Below, piece after piece: positions 36,152 through 49,700 of a stretch of DNA of 64,000 nucleotides. The position numbers were made by a program, and so were the translations under genes. The stretch is from Hormiphora californensis (Eukaryota; Animalia; Ctenophora), in assembly GCA_020137815.1 (NCBI GenBank), contig CM035353.1:1674001-1738000 (forward strand). The letters run 5' to 3'. Under the pieces are notes generated by a model, which saw nothing but the letters and a program-made list of their open reading frames with translations, was not told the DNA's origin and did not search any database. The number at the start of each line of letters is the position of its first letter. The first letter of the stretch is position 1.

Positions 36152-36306
36152 TCACTCTCTCACTCTCTCCCTTCTGACCTGTTTCCCAGTCATATTACTG
36201 CTTTCAGTTCGTCACTTTGTCTGTGTGTTTCTGCCTGTCTGTGTGTTTGCATGTGTGTGCATGAGTTTACAGCCTGCACATCTACACACGGCTAGTAGAA
36301 AGGAAG

Positions 36307-36451
<145 letters not shown>

Positions 36452-36540
36452 AAAAAGAAAGAGCTCAGTGGTATAGAGCTAGACACGGGAAAATGACAAA
36501 CGGTATGTGACCAGCATCAGAGAAAGTGTTCCGAGGCAGA

Positions 36541-37360
36541 TAGTTAGGAACACTATTGGTGCGCGGTCGTGCCCACGGAAGGAGTGCTTGGATCATCTTG
36601 AAACCGGTTTTAAATTAACTAATGTATATCCAAAAGTGTCTGTAGCTATTTGGGTGATGTTCTGACAATCTAATCACGAGTTATGACGAAAAAACAGTCA
36701 AAAAGACGTTTTAAAGTGACAAAAAGGAGGACCTGAACACAGCCCTTATATGAAGGGTTGGGGCTATGAAACTTCTTGGGTGGACAGAGAATCGTCCAAA
36801 TTTGCAGTGCCAACTTTGGAATAGTTTCTATCTTTTGTAGTTATCTAATTAGAGCCGTTTAAACATGTGAGACGATGCTGCAGGGGCCTCTAATACTAGG
36901 TATTTTTGCTTGTGAAGTGATCACTTGACGAGATTTACCCAATTAGAGAGCAGATTAAAGCATACAAGCGGTGAGAGCAAGCAATATGGGGCGGAAACAG
37001 TACCAAATCACCCTGTTTTGCAGATCGTCTCACATGTTTAAACGGCTCTAACTAGATAACTACAAAAGATAGAAACTATTCCAAAGTTGGCACTGCAAAT
37101 TTGGACGATTCTCTGTCCACTCAAGAAGTTTCATAGCCCCAACCCTTCATATAAGGGCTGTGTTCAGATCCTCCTTTTTGTCACTTTAAAACGTCTTTTT
37201 TGACTGTTTTTTCGTCATAACTCGTGATTGGATTGTCAGAACATCACCCAAATAGCTACAGACACTTTTGGATATGCATTAGTTAACTTAAAACCGGTTT
37301 CAAGATGATCTAAGCACTCCTTCCGTGGGCACGACCGCGCACCAATAGTGTTCCCAACTA
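36541..37360. mobile_element. ~820-bp foldback element
   Basis: 36541-36880 is the near-perfect reverse complement of 37020-37360; no clear TSD. Confidence 0.75.
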
Positions 37361-37736
37361 AGAAGAAGGGAGAAGTTACAGTGAGGAGCGACAGAAGGGA
37401 GATGGGGAAAGAAAATGAGAGAGAGAGGAGAGAGAGACTGAGAAACTATCTTGTACAGTATACGCTCCATCTGCAGTAGATTCCGCTTGTGTGAGCCTAT
37501 TCCAATGTGTGTCTGTGCACTGCACATTTTTCATCATTCCTTCGGCCTTCCACGGAACTCAGTGGTATAATAGTGAGGTTAGTGTGAATCCACAAAGGCG
37601 ATATTATCACGGTATTCGGTAGTCAACACGAAGAAGACAATAGGGAGAAAAGTGTGGTATATTGAGTCTCTCTGTAGAGATTTCTGCAGAGGTGCGTCCA
37701 CTATATATTTTCCTCTTTCCTTCTATTTCTTCCCCA

Positions 37737-37787
<51 letters not shown>

Positions 37788-38748
37788 TCTTTCTTCTTTC
37801 TCTCCCTCTATCTATCTATCAAGCAGTCAATCCAAGTGCACGTGAACCGTACTTCACTGTTGGCAATCCGCCAACAATACACCCTCGTGAGAGGGACGAA
37901 GAGAGAGTGAGGGACGATGAGGGGCCCTCATTGATTATGTATCATTATATGATACACGCTTGACGTCATACTGCATAGTCATATTATTAAAGTGCAGAAT
38001 TGCATTTGTGTGTGATAAATCTAAATCCAGTTCCTGACCATATAATATGATCCCGAAAGTGTTTCAATTCAACCAATATCAAATCTTTATGTTATCAGGA
38101 GCCAAATATGAAATATCACTCTTAAAAACAATTATTATTTAAATTCTCACCCCCGGTTCACATGATAAAATTTCGCATTTTAAAATGATTCTGCAGGTCG
38201 ATCTACCTGCAGAGCTGCTGCATAGATCTCAATGACGTTTTAGTTGCCTTTGTTTACCCCCTCAAGATATATATATCTCTCTATATTAACTATACAATCA
38301 CAGCTCTGCAGGCTCACAATAGAGGGGGGTGTGGTTGACACACCTAGAATACTACTGTATAGCACATTCCATACGTCATATAACATCGTATCAGAGGTTT
38401 GAAAATATGTTAGACACGGCCACATTCCATACATATAACATCGTATCAGAGGTTTGAAAATATGTTAGACACGGCCACTGTCGTAATATGTGTGAATATT
38501 CGCACACCATTTAAGGCTACACCTGGCGTTTTTCGTTTGCCGAACGAAACGACTTACCAAGGTTTAGACCATAAATATATAATTTGGATCTCAAATTAAT
38601 GCAAGTTTAATTGCATTTTTGAATTATGTCTCCTGAGAGATTTGGGCAAGTTAATGGGTTAGATAGTAAACCAATGAAACTATTGCATAATGAAATATTA
38701 TTAACTGCTATGTCTGACTATAATAACAACTGTATGATCTCTTCGCAG

Positions 38749-41176
38749 GTGATTCTGTACGCGTGTGACCTACCAAGAAAGTTTCGAGAATTCCTGTCCC
38801 ATGACACTGGGCCGGGACCTGGTGGTGGTTCAACAGTTTGCTGCTACCACGCTACACGTGGTCTTGTCTATCTCGGGGAGACATGTCTTGATACTTACGT
38901 TTTTGAGCACAATCTCAAGGTATGATTTATCCGTGATTGAAGAACGGAACGAACCAGAATTTGATTGAGATTGTTGTTGGAATTGTATAGAATAGTATAG
39001 CTCGATCTGAGAATTTTGTCTTTTCCTGCTCTCAAAAGATACAAGGATCGCTTGGATAATTGTGATACAATGGGTTCAATTCCGTCTCTGTAAGATCTAC
39101 AGAGAGATAATTGAACCCACATCGTATTGAAATCATCTCAGCGATAAATATTGGTCTTTTGAGAGCGTGAAAAAGACAAAATGTTCTTTCTCCAAAAATC
39201 TCGTCAAATTCTGGTTCGGTCTACTCCCAAGGGGTATTGGTTATCAGTTATAAATTCGATTAATTATGCTTCCATGCAGTATTATATCTTGAATTGTTTC
39301 CCATGTGCTTGGAGCTTGTAGCACGCATATATTGGCATACCGTGGGGAATTCAAAAAACTAGAATCTAGATGCACAATTATTAGTAAATTACAGTTAGTT
39401 AAAGATGAAATAATTCAACCTTTAAATAGACCGGATCCTCTACATTTTGAATGGCTTAATAAATTTGCACTGACACAAAACCGTGGGGTTAGTCAGCACA
39501 CGTTATTTTTTACATCTTTTTTTGAGCTATGCAATAATTTACCTTCTTAATATACTGAAACTTATATAATACATGTTAAACTATATCCATCGAGCTCTGG
39601 GTGTGGTCACTATAATTATTGTGCAATGATATTTGTGCAGAGACTTGAAACCACCTGCCACCGGTATATTATAGTGAATGATGAAGTGACGATTATGTCA
39701 TATTACCGCAATGTAATCTATAGTTCTAGAATTCTATGAAGCTATATCAAGTTACAACTTCATATGTACAATCCCACGTTCGAATATCAAATGGGAAACA
39801 TTACTGTTAAAACACATGTGTTGTGTGAAAAATCAACATCATGGGAAACTATTTTACTATTTGTTTCCCTGTTTTTATTTTCGAAACTCATCATATAATC
39901 CAGGATTTGTCATGAGAACTAACATCTCGACTAGCAGATAAACTTAGTTTAGAATGAAAGGGGTTTATATAGACATAGAGGATGTATAGCACATTTATCT
40001 ATTGTGCATAGATCGCACATATAATTGTGTAAATCCAAAACAGTCTCCGCCACAGTACTGCCACCATTCAGGGTCAAGGTATTGACGATGACCGTATCTG
40101 GGCAAAAAACAGGGAATTCGGCCGACCTGAAGAGCATTTTGTCAAGGCGTCCACCCTGGAAGATATTGTTGTCATCATGACCAGTGTAAGTTAAATTAAC
40201 TTAGTTATTATGAGTGAGAGATCTGGTCAGGATTGAATAGGGAGGAATCTAGAACAATTTATCTGGCGAGGGCCCCGGGCTCGAACCGAAAACCTCTATA
40301 TATATACTCTAGGTGCGGACACCTTGTTCCAAAACTAGTATTCAACCAAAAAAGGCCCAGTTTAACATTTTCCATAATATCTTTTTCTAGACTTCCCATT
40401 CTAGTTCCTAAATTTAGTCATATCCGTTCAGAACCCGAGTTTGTTGTGGAATGATATTCTTTTAAGACGAAGGGGCGGAGACGAAGTCACAGACACAGAA
40501 CGAGAAGAGGAAACCATTCGATTTATCTTGTCCTTGCACCGAACCTTCGCTGACTCAATTGTCTTTTTACGACTTCTTATTCATCGCTTCATGTGAGTTT
40601 AAAACCATAATGCATCTAGGTATAAATTAACCTTCCAATTGGCGGACCAGCCTCTTATTAGTTTCTAACCCTTCTTTGCATTCCTCTTGCCATTCCGGTG
40701 TGAGGACTGAGGAGCTGAGTGAGGGAGGGAGACCGGAGGGTCGTAGTTCGTACGAGTTACAGTCGGACCCCGATTTAACGGGCCCCGATTTAGCGGCACC
40801 CCGATTTAACGGACAAACCCCTTTCCCCCGAGGGTGCCGTTAAATCGGGGTCCGACTGTACAAGGGAAGTCGACCTCATGGGAAAACGATTCACAATGAA
40901 ATTTACTTTGTCGACAGATGGGAATGGAACATTTTGAGAGCGAGAGAGGTGGTGAGAGAAAATGGAGAGGGTGGTGAACCAGGGTGGGGGAGTGAGAGAT
41001 AGACATATAATAGTGGTTAACCAACCGTTTTTCCATGTGGTCTACGCCTCCAAAAATTTGAAAAAAATTGTGCCTTCAGTAATGGGAGAGCAGAGAGAGA
41101 GAAAAAGAGAGAGATTAAGCCTTCTTCGAACATAAGCCTCGTGTGGTCTTTGTTCTCTCTCGCTCTTCTCTCTTTC

Positions 41177-41208
<32 letters not shown>

Positions 41209-41510
41209 CTCGACTCTCTCTCGTCTGTCTACTCCTTCTCTCCACCTCTCTCTCTACCCTCTCCTCGTCCTCGGCTTCTCTCTTCATCTCTCTCTTCTCA
41301 TCTCCTCTCCTCAATTCTCTCTGCCTCTCTCTCTCTTCTTCTCCGTCCCTTTCGAGAGAGGAGAGACTCCTGAATCTTAACGAACTATACATGATCAGTG
41401 GCCAGTGCTGCAGTGTGTATATTATTCACGGTAATGCTAACTTGAGAGGCTCTCCTCGACCCCTAATTTGAGAGCAGTCATTGGCAGCTCCTCTCATCAA
41501 CCTATCACAC

Positions 41511-41572
<62 letters not shown>

Positions 41573-41673
41573 TCTTTTCTTCTCCCTCTTTCTGGCCCTC
41601 TCTCTGTCTCTCTCTCCTCTCTCTCTCTCTGTCCCTCTCTCTGTCCCTCTCTCTGGGTTCTCTCTCTCCCTCG

Positions 41674-41720
<47 letters not shown>

Positions 41721-42888
41721 CTTCTCTCTCCTCTCCCTCTCTCTCCTCTCTCTCTCCACCGTCTCTCTCTCAACTCTGCTCACCCCCTCTCTCCTCCTCT
41801 CTCTACTCCGCGTCTCCTCTCCTCTCCCCCCTCTCTCTCACTCATCTCTCTGCGCAAATCTCCCTCTTCCTACTCTCTCTCCGCTCGTCTCTCGTCCGCC
41901 TGATCCTCTCCTCTCATGTCTCATCCGGGTCTTTCTCGTCTCTCCGAAGCCTCTCTGCGCCTCTCGTACAAGGCCAATCCTCCTCAAGCTCTCTCCTAAC
42001 GATCTCGCCGCCGTCCCTCACGTGCTTCTCAGCCTCGCTCCAAGAACTCTCACCAGGAAGGCTCGTTCTGCTCATACGACTCTTTGTGTCTTCACTCTCA
42101 TCAGAATCTGCCTCTCTACCTCCTTGAAGCAACGGGCGGGACTTCTCTCAGCGCACGCACCCGGGTGTCGCGTGTCGTCCATCTCTAGGCTCCTCTCCAT
42201 TAGACTCAGTCCGTCTGGGAATCACCCCGTCTACAGCTCAGGGTGTCTCTCTCGGTCTCTCTATGGAGTGCGCTCATATCAGGAAAGCGCATCGGAAGTT
42301 CCGATCTCTGTTCCCAGTGTCTTATGTCGTCAAAGCTCATCCCGACTGGAAAGCAACACGTCCTCCAAAACCGTTCTGCTCATCTCATACTGGCCTCTCT
42401 CGGGGAGAGATAACGGCTATCTAGGCGACTCATCTCGTCATCATGGCACCTTCAGTTGCATGGTCCCTCTCGCTCTCGCTCTCTATCACTCTCGTTCTCC
42501 ACTAACTCACTCAAACCCCCGATTTACCCCAAGAAGACCTTGATCCCGTTTATCCAAGTTTGATGGTAGAACTACGAAATACTCTCTTATTGTTGTTTTG
42601 AATTATCGCTCTCTATGATTTCAGGGACCCCGGTATAACGATAACAAAACGGAACCGTCTGGAAATCCCACCAGTGTATCTAAAAGTTTGCAAGGTGCTC
42701 TGTCTATGGCTGGAGGTAATGCATTAGAATGCGGCAGAAACACACAGAAAAACACGCTGTAACAAACAGACAGAAAAGACAGACATAGTACACACAGACA
42801 GACAGTCGACAGACAGACATAATACACACAGACAGACAAACATAGTACACACAGACAGACAGTCGACAAACATAGTACACACAGACAT

Positions 42889-42955
<67 letters not shown>

Positions 42956-43060
42956 GGCAGACAGACAGACAGACAGACAGACATAGTGCACACAGACAGA
43001 CAGGCATAGTACACACAGATAGACATAGTACAGACAGACAGACAGACAGACAGACATAGT

Positions 43061-43103
<43 letters not shown>

Positions 43104-43106
43104 GCC

Positions 43107-43159
<53 letters not shown>

Positions 43160-43167
43160 TAGTACAC

Positions 43168-43224
<57 letters not shown>

Positions 43225-46200
43225 TTACACAGAGACAGATAGACAGATACATATCATGTCTTTATCATCCCCATTCGTGTAGGAGTTCCCCCGGCACTTT
43301 GACCGTGATATGCAAGTGGAGCTGACATCTTTTTACAATGGACTAGAGGACAGAGGTGGACCGATCCACTACGATCTTCGCGATCACGTAATTAATGATG
43401 TAATTATATTATATTAACTGTATATAGTACTCTTTTGGTGATGAAATCACCTCTTCGAGGGCTTCGTTCGCTCACGCTGTTAGTAGCCTGGGTGACTGAT
43501 TTAGATACCTTAGCGCTAATGTATCTAAATCAATGATTAGCCCTAAATTCAAGGGCAAGTCATTTCCCTTGGTTATCAAAGTTGAGATAGCTATTATAAA
43601 ACCCCACCTCCAGATTGATACCCCCTCTCCACCCAGATTGTTACCCCCCCCCTCTCCACCCAGATTGTTAACCCCCCCCCTCTCCACCCAGATTGTTAAT
43701 CCCCCCCCCCCTCTCTCCACCCAGATTGTTAACCCCCTCTCCACCCAGATTGTTAACACCCCCCCCCCTCTCCACCCAGAATTGTTAACCCCCCCCCCCT
43801 CTCCACCCAGATTGTTAATCCCCCCCCCCCTCTCCACCCAGATTGTTAATCCCCCCTCCCCCTCTCCACCCAGATTGTTAACCCCCCCCCCCCCTCTCCA
43901 CCCAGATTGTTAATCCCCCCTCCCCCTCTCCACCCAGATTGTCAACCCCCCCCCCCTCTCCACCCCAGATTGTTACCCCCCCCCCCCCCTCTCCACCCAG
44001 ATTGTTAACCCCCCCTCTCCACCCAGATTGTTACCCCCCCCTCTCCACCCAGATTGTCAACCCCCCCCCCCTCTCTCCACCCAGATTGTTAAACCCCCCC
44101 CCACCCCAGATTGTTAACCCCCCCCCCTCCCCACCCAGTTACCCCCCCCCCCCCCTCTCCACCCAGATTGTCAACCCCCCCCCCCCCTCTCCACCCAGAT
44201 TGTAACCCCTCTCCACCCAGATTGTTAACCCCCCCCTCTCCACCCAGATTGTTACCCCCCCCCCCCTCTCCCACCTAGATTGTTAACACCCCCTCTCTCC
44301 ACACAGATTGTTACCCCCCCGGCCCCCCCTCTCCACACAGATTGTTAACCCCCCCCCCCCTCTCCACCACCCAGATTGTTACCCCCCCCCCCTCCACCCA
44401 GATTGTCAACCCCCCCCCCCTCTCCACCCAGATTGTTAACCCCTCTCCCACCCAGATTGTTAACCCCCCTTCTCCACCCCCAGATTGTTAACCCCCCCCC
44501 CTCCACCCAGATTGTTACCCCCCCCCATCTCCACCCAGATTGTTAACCCCCCCTCTCCCACCTATATTGTTAACCCCCCCCCTCTCCACCCCCAGATTGT
44601 TAACACCCCCCCTCCTCTCCACCCCAGATTGTTAACACCCCCCCTCCTCGTCCACCCAGATTGTTACCCCCCCCCTCCACCCAGATTGTTACCCCCCCCC
44701 CTCTCCACCCCCAGATTGTACACGTTGATACAGTGTTCTTGAAGGGACACAGAGTCAACCAGCCTGGCTTACCCCGGGCCGGTGATCAGCTAGAAAGCGT
44801 TACTCATATCAACCAGTATACACACTGTAGAGCATCCCTTTTGGCTGAGGAGTTTCCACTTTCCATCAGGTTAGAGACCGAATCAGAAAATACTGGTCCC
44901 TGATTGACTGAAGACCAGTCACGTGACCTAAATAACGAGTTCCTGATATCTAGTTATAATTCCATTTCAGGAATGTATCGTGGCTGAGTGCACTGCGGGG
45001 CGTGATAGAGAGGCGGACGGACACAAACTCTACCACTGGGGGTGGTGGTGGTGGTAGAAGGGGCAGCATCTTTAGGTAAGTGTCAGGAACCGACCGAATC
45101 AGGAAATACTGGTCCCTGATTGGCTGATAACCAGTCACGTGACCTAAATACCGAGTTCTGATTGGTTGTTTACTTGTTTCGGTGATCGGTTCCTGGTAAG
45201 AGTCTCAGTTATCAAATAATACAGATATCAGCGGGACGGCCCAGTGTTCAATCACCACCTCACCTTCCTATTTAATTCAATTTGCTTGCCGTGTTTAGCT
45301 AATATACTGCAATGTGTAGTTCTAATTAGAATCTCACTAACAAGATAGACCCACGATATAATGGTACTACATCAAATCAATTGAACCGTAATCTCAGCAC
45401 TTACTTTCACCCGACAACCTCCCTTCCCTCCTTTTCGATTCTGAATTTCCAATCAAATCGGGAGACAACTTCCTGGATTCGATCTCTCATTCCACCAAGC
45501 TACCAGACTTAACTCGTTTACTCGGACGTGGTAGGTTTTATTTTTTCGATGTTTTCTCATTTTGATAAGACCAACTTTATCCGTCCGTTAAATCGAGGAT
45601 CGGGTAATTTTTGTCATTGTTTGTCGAATTTCAAACCAAAACTTTGACCACACACTAATTGCTGTAACAGATAACTCTGACTAAGCCCCCCGGTACGATC
45701 ACACCTGTTTAGAAGATATTGAGATCGTGAGTGGGCCGCACCTTTTCGTAAGGCAAGTAGCTTCATAAGGTGAGAACCCCCCCTCCCCCCCGAGAGTCAC
45801 CCCACCCTTGGGTCCCCCACCTACCATCGTCCCGCCCCCGTCCTTTTTGGTACCACACCCCGCCCCTCTTCCCCCCTCCTTTTGTCCCCACATCCTTTCC
45901 GTATTCCTCGCGCCTCTTTATACTGAGCACATCCTCATCTTCTTTTTCCCTGCGTGTTATTTTTATCCCCCTCCCGTTATCATTGTCTTTTCTCCCCCCG
46001 ATTTTCTACCCCCGCCGGGCATCCCACCCCCACTTGTTCGATTTATTTACTTCCAATTCCAACAAGTCAGGCATCGTTGGTAACCCCCTTTTCCTTCAGC
46101 CCCACCCCACCCTCTTTTTACAGTCGGCGACCCTGTTCCTAAAACGATATCGACCTACGACTACGACGAAGCCGAGGGGGGACAGTACCGGTGGTGGTTG

Positions 46201-46735
46201 GGGTGAATAACCACCACTTTGTCGTTGTCAGCCGGCTAACCCATGAAATTATTGGTAAGGTTTTGTAGCGCTTTTAATTTTCGGTATGTTACATGTTAGT
46301 ATGTTGTGACGTTTGTAGATAAAAGGTGGGGGACTAAAACTGTGTAGTTTGAAAATGCATTCTCCCTAATTCTTCTCTCCCACTTCTAATTCTCTATCAT
46401 TTCCCTCCCTCCTCAAATTCCCCTCGCACTCTCGCGACATGGGTGTCTCCCCTCCTTATTTGGAAACCTAATTTTGGAGCACAATTTTTTCCACTTTGTA
46501 ATTCAGCATCCAACTTTGTTTATGAACCCCTCTAGACAATTTGCAAAAAAAACTTAGTAGTTTTTTTTTTTTCCTATTTTCATTTTTTTTTGTTCTCTCT
46601 TTTGTTTTCCCCCTCACTCTCTCCTCACTTTCTCCGTTGTTCTCCCCGCGTGTTGTTTCAAATGAACTGGGCTAAACAACGAGGAATTGAATCGCACTAA
46701 GTGCAGGACCAAATAGGTAGTTTTGAAAAGGAAGT

Positions 46736-46780
<45 letters not shown>

Positions 46781-49700
46781 TAGAAGAGAGAGAGGATAGA
46801 GAGAGAGAGCTCGTGCTCTCTCTCTCTCGCTCTCTCTCTCCTCTCTCTCCCCCCTCTCCGCTCCTCTCATCCCCGGAGAAAAGGTTGGTTTGTCTGTTCC
46901 CCTATTTCGTTCCATGACGTGAGCGCGTTCATAACCACGTCCCCATACTGACGCCCTTCTCCTGTTGACATACCTTTCCCCCACTCCCTCCCGTAAGTGT
47001 GGGAGAAAAAGAAAGTATAATAGTGTGAGCAATTGCAAGTATGTGTTTCAGCCAGTTCACACCGTTTCTCACGTGTTAGAAATAAGTTGAGAACATGTAC
47101 CATGCTGCCAGACCGACCCCAGGCTTGTTATGTTCTACCCTTCCCTTTACAGGGTCAAGCTAGGCAAAACCAAAGAAAAAACCAAAAAACCCCAGCCTTG
47201 GTTTTTTTTTTTTTTCCTACTTTTTTTATTTTGTTTTTTTTTTTTTCCTTTTTTATGTTTCCCTATTCCTCTCTCACCCTGTCACTCATTCTCCATTTGT
47301 CTTTGCCCTGGGCGCCCCCTCCGGCTCCACTACCCTTTTGTTTTTTCTTTCTGGCTAGACGGAGTGGGCCCTCTTCGTTCCCCCTATTCCGGAAAAACTA
47401 TGATCACCCGCCCCTCCTTCCTCCTGTGCTCGCCGGATTCTTTCCTCGTGTCGTCCTCTTTATGATCAGAGGGTGCCTGGAACAGGTGCGGAGATTGGAA
47501 AGGGAGGAATGGGGGTGGAAAAAAAAGAAAGGTGCAGACGGAGAAGAAAGTAAGGACGAAAAATAGGGGTGTAGGCATGGGGAGGCCTGTCGTTGTTTCT
47601 GGATGGATGGGCGGAGGAGGGTTTTCCCCATTCCTTGCGCTCGCTAGCATCCTGGATAAGCCAATTGTCATTTCACAAAATCAATGAAAACCCACCCAAC
47701 CAACCCAAACCCGCCCCCCCCCCCCCTTCAGGACACCACCAGTTGACAGACCTACAAAAGCCAATTCAGTGGTATGCACCGCCCCTCGACAACGTGGTTC
47801 TGGTACCCATGGAAACGGAATACTTTCTTCTAGGAGTGTGTCCCAGGTACTACAATAACAGTCGGACCCCGATTTACCAAAACCCGGTTTACCGGGAGGA
47901 TAAACCCCGAAATTCGAACAAGTTGCCTTAGATGTAGATATCTTTTAATATAGATCATCTCCCTGCCGGGTAGGTGGGGAAACACGTCCGGGGCGTGGGA
48001 ACTGGGAGGTTATTACAGGTCAAAACATGAACATTATATATCCGTGTTTTGACTTTTGACTTGTAACGGACGTGTTTCCCGCCTACCCAGTTTCCATCCC
48101 GTCCGCCTTTACCACAATCTGAACTCATCCCCGATCTGCAGTGACATCGAGAAACTGGTGACGGTGCTAGTCCAGTACATGGGGGACAAGATAGAGATTG
48201 TAGAGACTGTGTACGGTACAGATCAGGAGGAGGAAGATGAGGCGGGTTTGGGATCAGAGTGTGCCAACCTGATACAGGCTAACAATAGACACTCCTGGCA
48301 TGCCTCCTCCATGTGAGTTGGAGAGAGAGAGAGAGAGAGAGAGAGGTGTCATACACGTGTGTATGAATCCTGTACTACACGTGTGTATGAATCCTCCTAC
48401 AATCTTGTGTACTTAATTTGTCCAAGTATTAGTGATGCAGTAAAACATGGAAATGAAGGCGTAATTCTAACAACATCCCCCTCTCTCTAGACCCTCAAGA
48501 AATGCTGGTTACAATTCTGATAGGCTGGATTGTCCCCCTACAACGCCCTGTCACAATAGCTACGCGGATGTGTCACAGGTATCAAATACATGTTATATTG
48601 TATCGTATATGGTAATTGATTGCAGGAACCGACCGAATCAGGAAATACTGGTCCCTGATTGGCTGATAACCAGTCACGTGACCTAAATAACGAGTTCTGA
48701 TTGGTTGTTTACTTGTATCGGTCGGTTCCTGATTGATTGTCTGTTGATTGATAAGAGTGGTTGCAGCCGCCATGGGCATGAACCCCTGTCAAGGGGGGGG
48801 GGATGTCGGGGGGGGGGGGGGGGGGGCCTATACGAACGATAATCACTTATAGTGATGCCAGCTGCCCGTAGCTGCCAATACCACTATGTCAATTTACATG
48901 GACATGCCACAACAAAGTTAGAAATTATACCAGTACTGCATTTCTCACACTCGTGTGTCTGTGTATCAAAACACTATACAATATGGAAGTACACAGATAT
49001 ACACAGACACACACACACACACACATCTCAAACCGTGTCATACACAGTAAATTTACAACTTATTACCTTTCATCAAGATTCGGAGCACATTTAGATGGGG
49101 GTTAAATAATAATTATTATGCCAAAAACTAAGAGAAATGAATTGGCTAGAAAGGTTTTTGTTTTGAAACTGACCCACCACATTACAGATTGGAAATGATG
49201 AATTACTGTCCACCGCCCGGTCTCGTCTCTCCCTGAACCTTTCCCATACAGCAACCCAACGACACCATAGACCGTAAGTACTTGGTATTGTTACCGGGCA
49301 ACTTATTGATCGTGGGCTTCGTTTGCTTTTCCCGGCTGGTATAGTAGAGGGCAGGAACCGACCGAATCAGGAAATGCTGTTCCCTGATTGGATGATAACC
49401 AGTCACGTGACCTAAATAACAAGTTCTGATTGGTTGTTTACTTCACTTTTCCCGGCTGATAGTAGAGGGGTGACTGCGTCTTTGAACTGCGTGCAGTTCC
49501 ATAATCATGGCTTTTTATTATGGGATATTTAACGTTGTTATGTTCTAACCCTCCTTTACGGCGGGGGCGCGAAACACAGTCTAGCTAGGCAAATATAACG
49601 CATAATACACATATACATATTATGTGTTATGCCCTGTGCGTGTGAGGTGCTGTTACAGTGCTGCTGTAACTGCTGTTACACACTCTCCCTCCGGCCATCA

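Noticed and set aside
43472-44742. Pro-rich extensin-like and Gly-rich ORFs (also 61282-61992)
   Set aside because: Frames of C-rich minisatellites with variable homopolymer lengths.
45250-47720. Odd homopolymer-rich sequence with several ORFs (also ~41000-42560)
   Set aside because: Looks like low-accuracy consensus or decayed repeats; no recognisable protein signal, so nothing can be supported.
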